Part shown: positions 59,939 to 64,000 of the stretch, piece after piece
Layout: each line of letters begins with the position of its first letter
How positions within the stretch are numbered: the first letter of the stretch is position 1
Assembly: GCA_051362555.1 (NCBI GenBank)
Contig: CM120640.1
Coordinates: 6,510,001 to 6,574,000 of the forward strand
Length of the DNA: 64,000 bases
Source: Lingula anatina
Lineage: Eukaryota; Animalia; Brachiopoda
Direction: 5' to 3'
The notes under the pieces: generated by a model
Databases searched by the model: none
Told to the model about the DNA's origin: nothing
Seen by the model: the letters and a program-made list of their open reading frames with translations, nothing else
Made by a program: the position numbers and the translations under genes

Positions 59939-60635
59939 CTTGCGTTCTATCTAGATTTCTTTGCCTGTGAAGACGCAGTGATATCCGTGTTATCCGGCAA
60001 CTGCCTGGCACATAAACTGGCTTCTATTTATCTGAAATCTGAGATATTGAATTTATGCAGTTACGTAGAGGGCGTTAACTCCATGTGACACGGACGTCTT
60101 TTTCAAGAATATGGCAAATACAATTTGTATTCTTTATTTCTGAGTCCGGCAACAAGTCCATTTATTAGGCCAATGAGATCTACTGAGTACATAGGTCATT
60201 GATTAAGCCGACAGTGAAATGTACATGTATATCAGTGATTATCTCGTTTTCTTTTTTATCAGCAAGACAATGGGCACACATTTGTACATGTTAACCTCAC
60301 ATGACTGCAAGGTTTGTACAAGAGCATGCATTTTCCACAAACAAACCTTATAATTTACTTTATCCAAATCCTTGATGTGGAAGAACTACTCTCAGTTGTA
60401 TGAAATAAGCAGTTTTCCCATAAAATGTCAGACAGGTTTGTCAGAGGAGGAAACCTCCGTTTTACATGAATCTCAGATAGAAGATATTTTGGGTCCTAGC
60501 ATAAATTGAATAATGAACCATTAAATCACAAACAATACAATAAAGGCAGCAATATTAATACATAAAATACATGTTACTGCAATGCCACCAGGCAAGTAAA
60601 TTGCAAGTCTCGTGTATGTTCCATGTTCAAAAATT

Positions 60636-63943
<3,308 letters not shown>

Positions 63944-64000
63944 TTAAAATGGAAAAAATAAAAAAAAAAAAAACAACAACAACATAATTACATGTACGTG

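Overview
AT-rich, intron-containing animal genomic DNA. It is most likely a lophotrochozoan or other non-ecdysozoan invertebrate (inference from an intact squalene epoxidase and Helentron/HINE-type repeats). Gene order: two tandem copies (-) of a myristoylation-motif, catalytically dead KY/hillarin-type transglutaminase-fold protein whose C-terminus resembles a dynein microtubule-binding domain; a 6-exon DUF1349/Ree1-like gene (+); CHCHD7 (-) head-to-head with a PR/SET-domain + PLAG-type 7-zinc-finger gene (+); PX-domain SGK (-) head-to-head with IFT52 (+); a 2-exon orphan class A GPCR (-); and SQLE (-, 5' end outside the window). Mobile and repeat content: a TSD-flanked, inverted, 5'-truncated Penelope-like insertion, several hammerhead-ribozyme-like motifs (one family occurs as inverted dimers), MITEs, HINE elements with internal satellite arrays, and microsatellites. 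Most interesting: (1) a motor-less dynein-MTBD-like domain on a pseudo-transglutaminase scaffold; (2) a PR/SET-PLAG chimeric architecture; (3) CHCHD7-PLAG-SGK-IFT52 microsynteny matching vertebrate 6q/8q/20q paralogous regions; (4) hammerhead-bearing small elements. All exon models were built by eye from GT-AG sites and reading phase; no database search was run.
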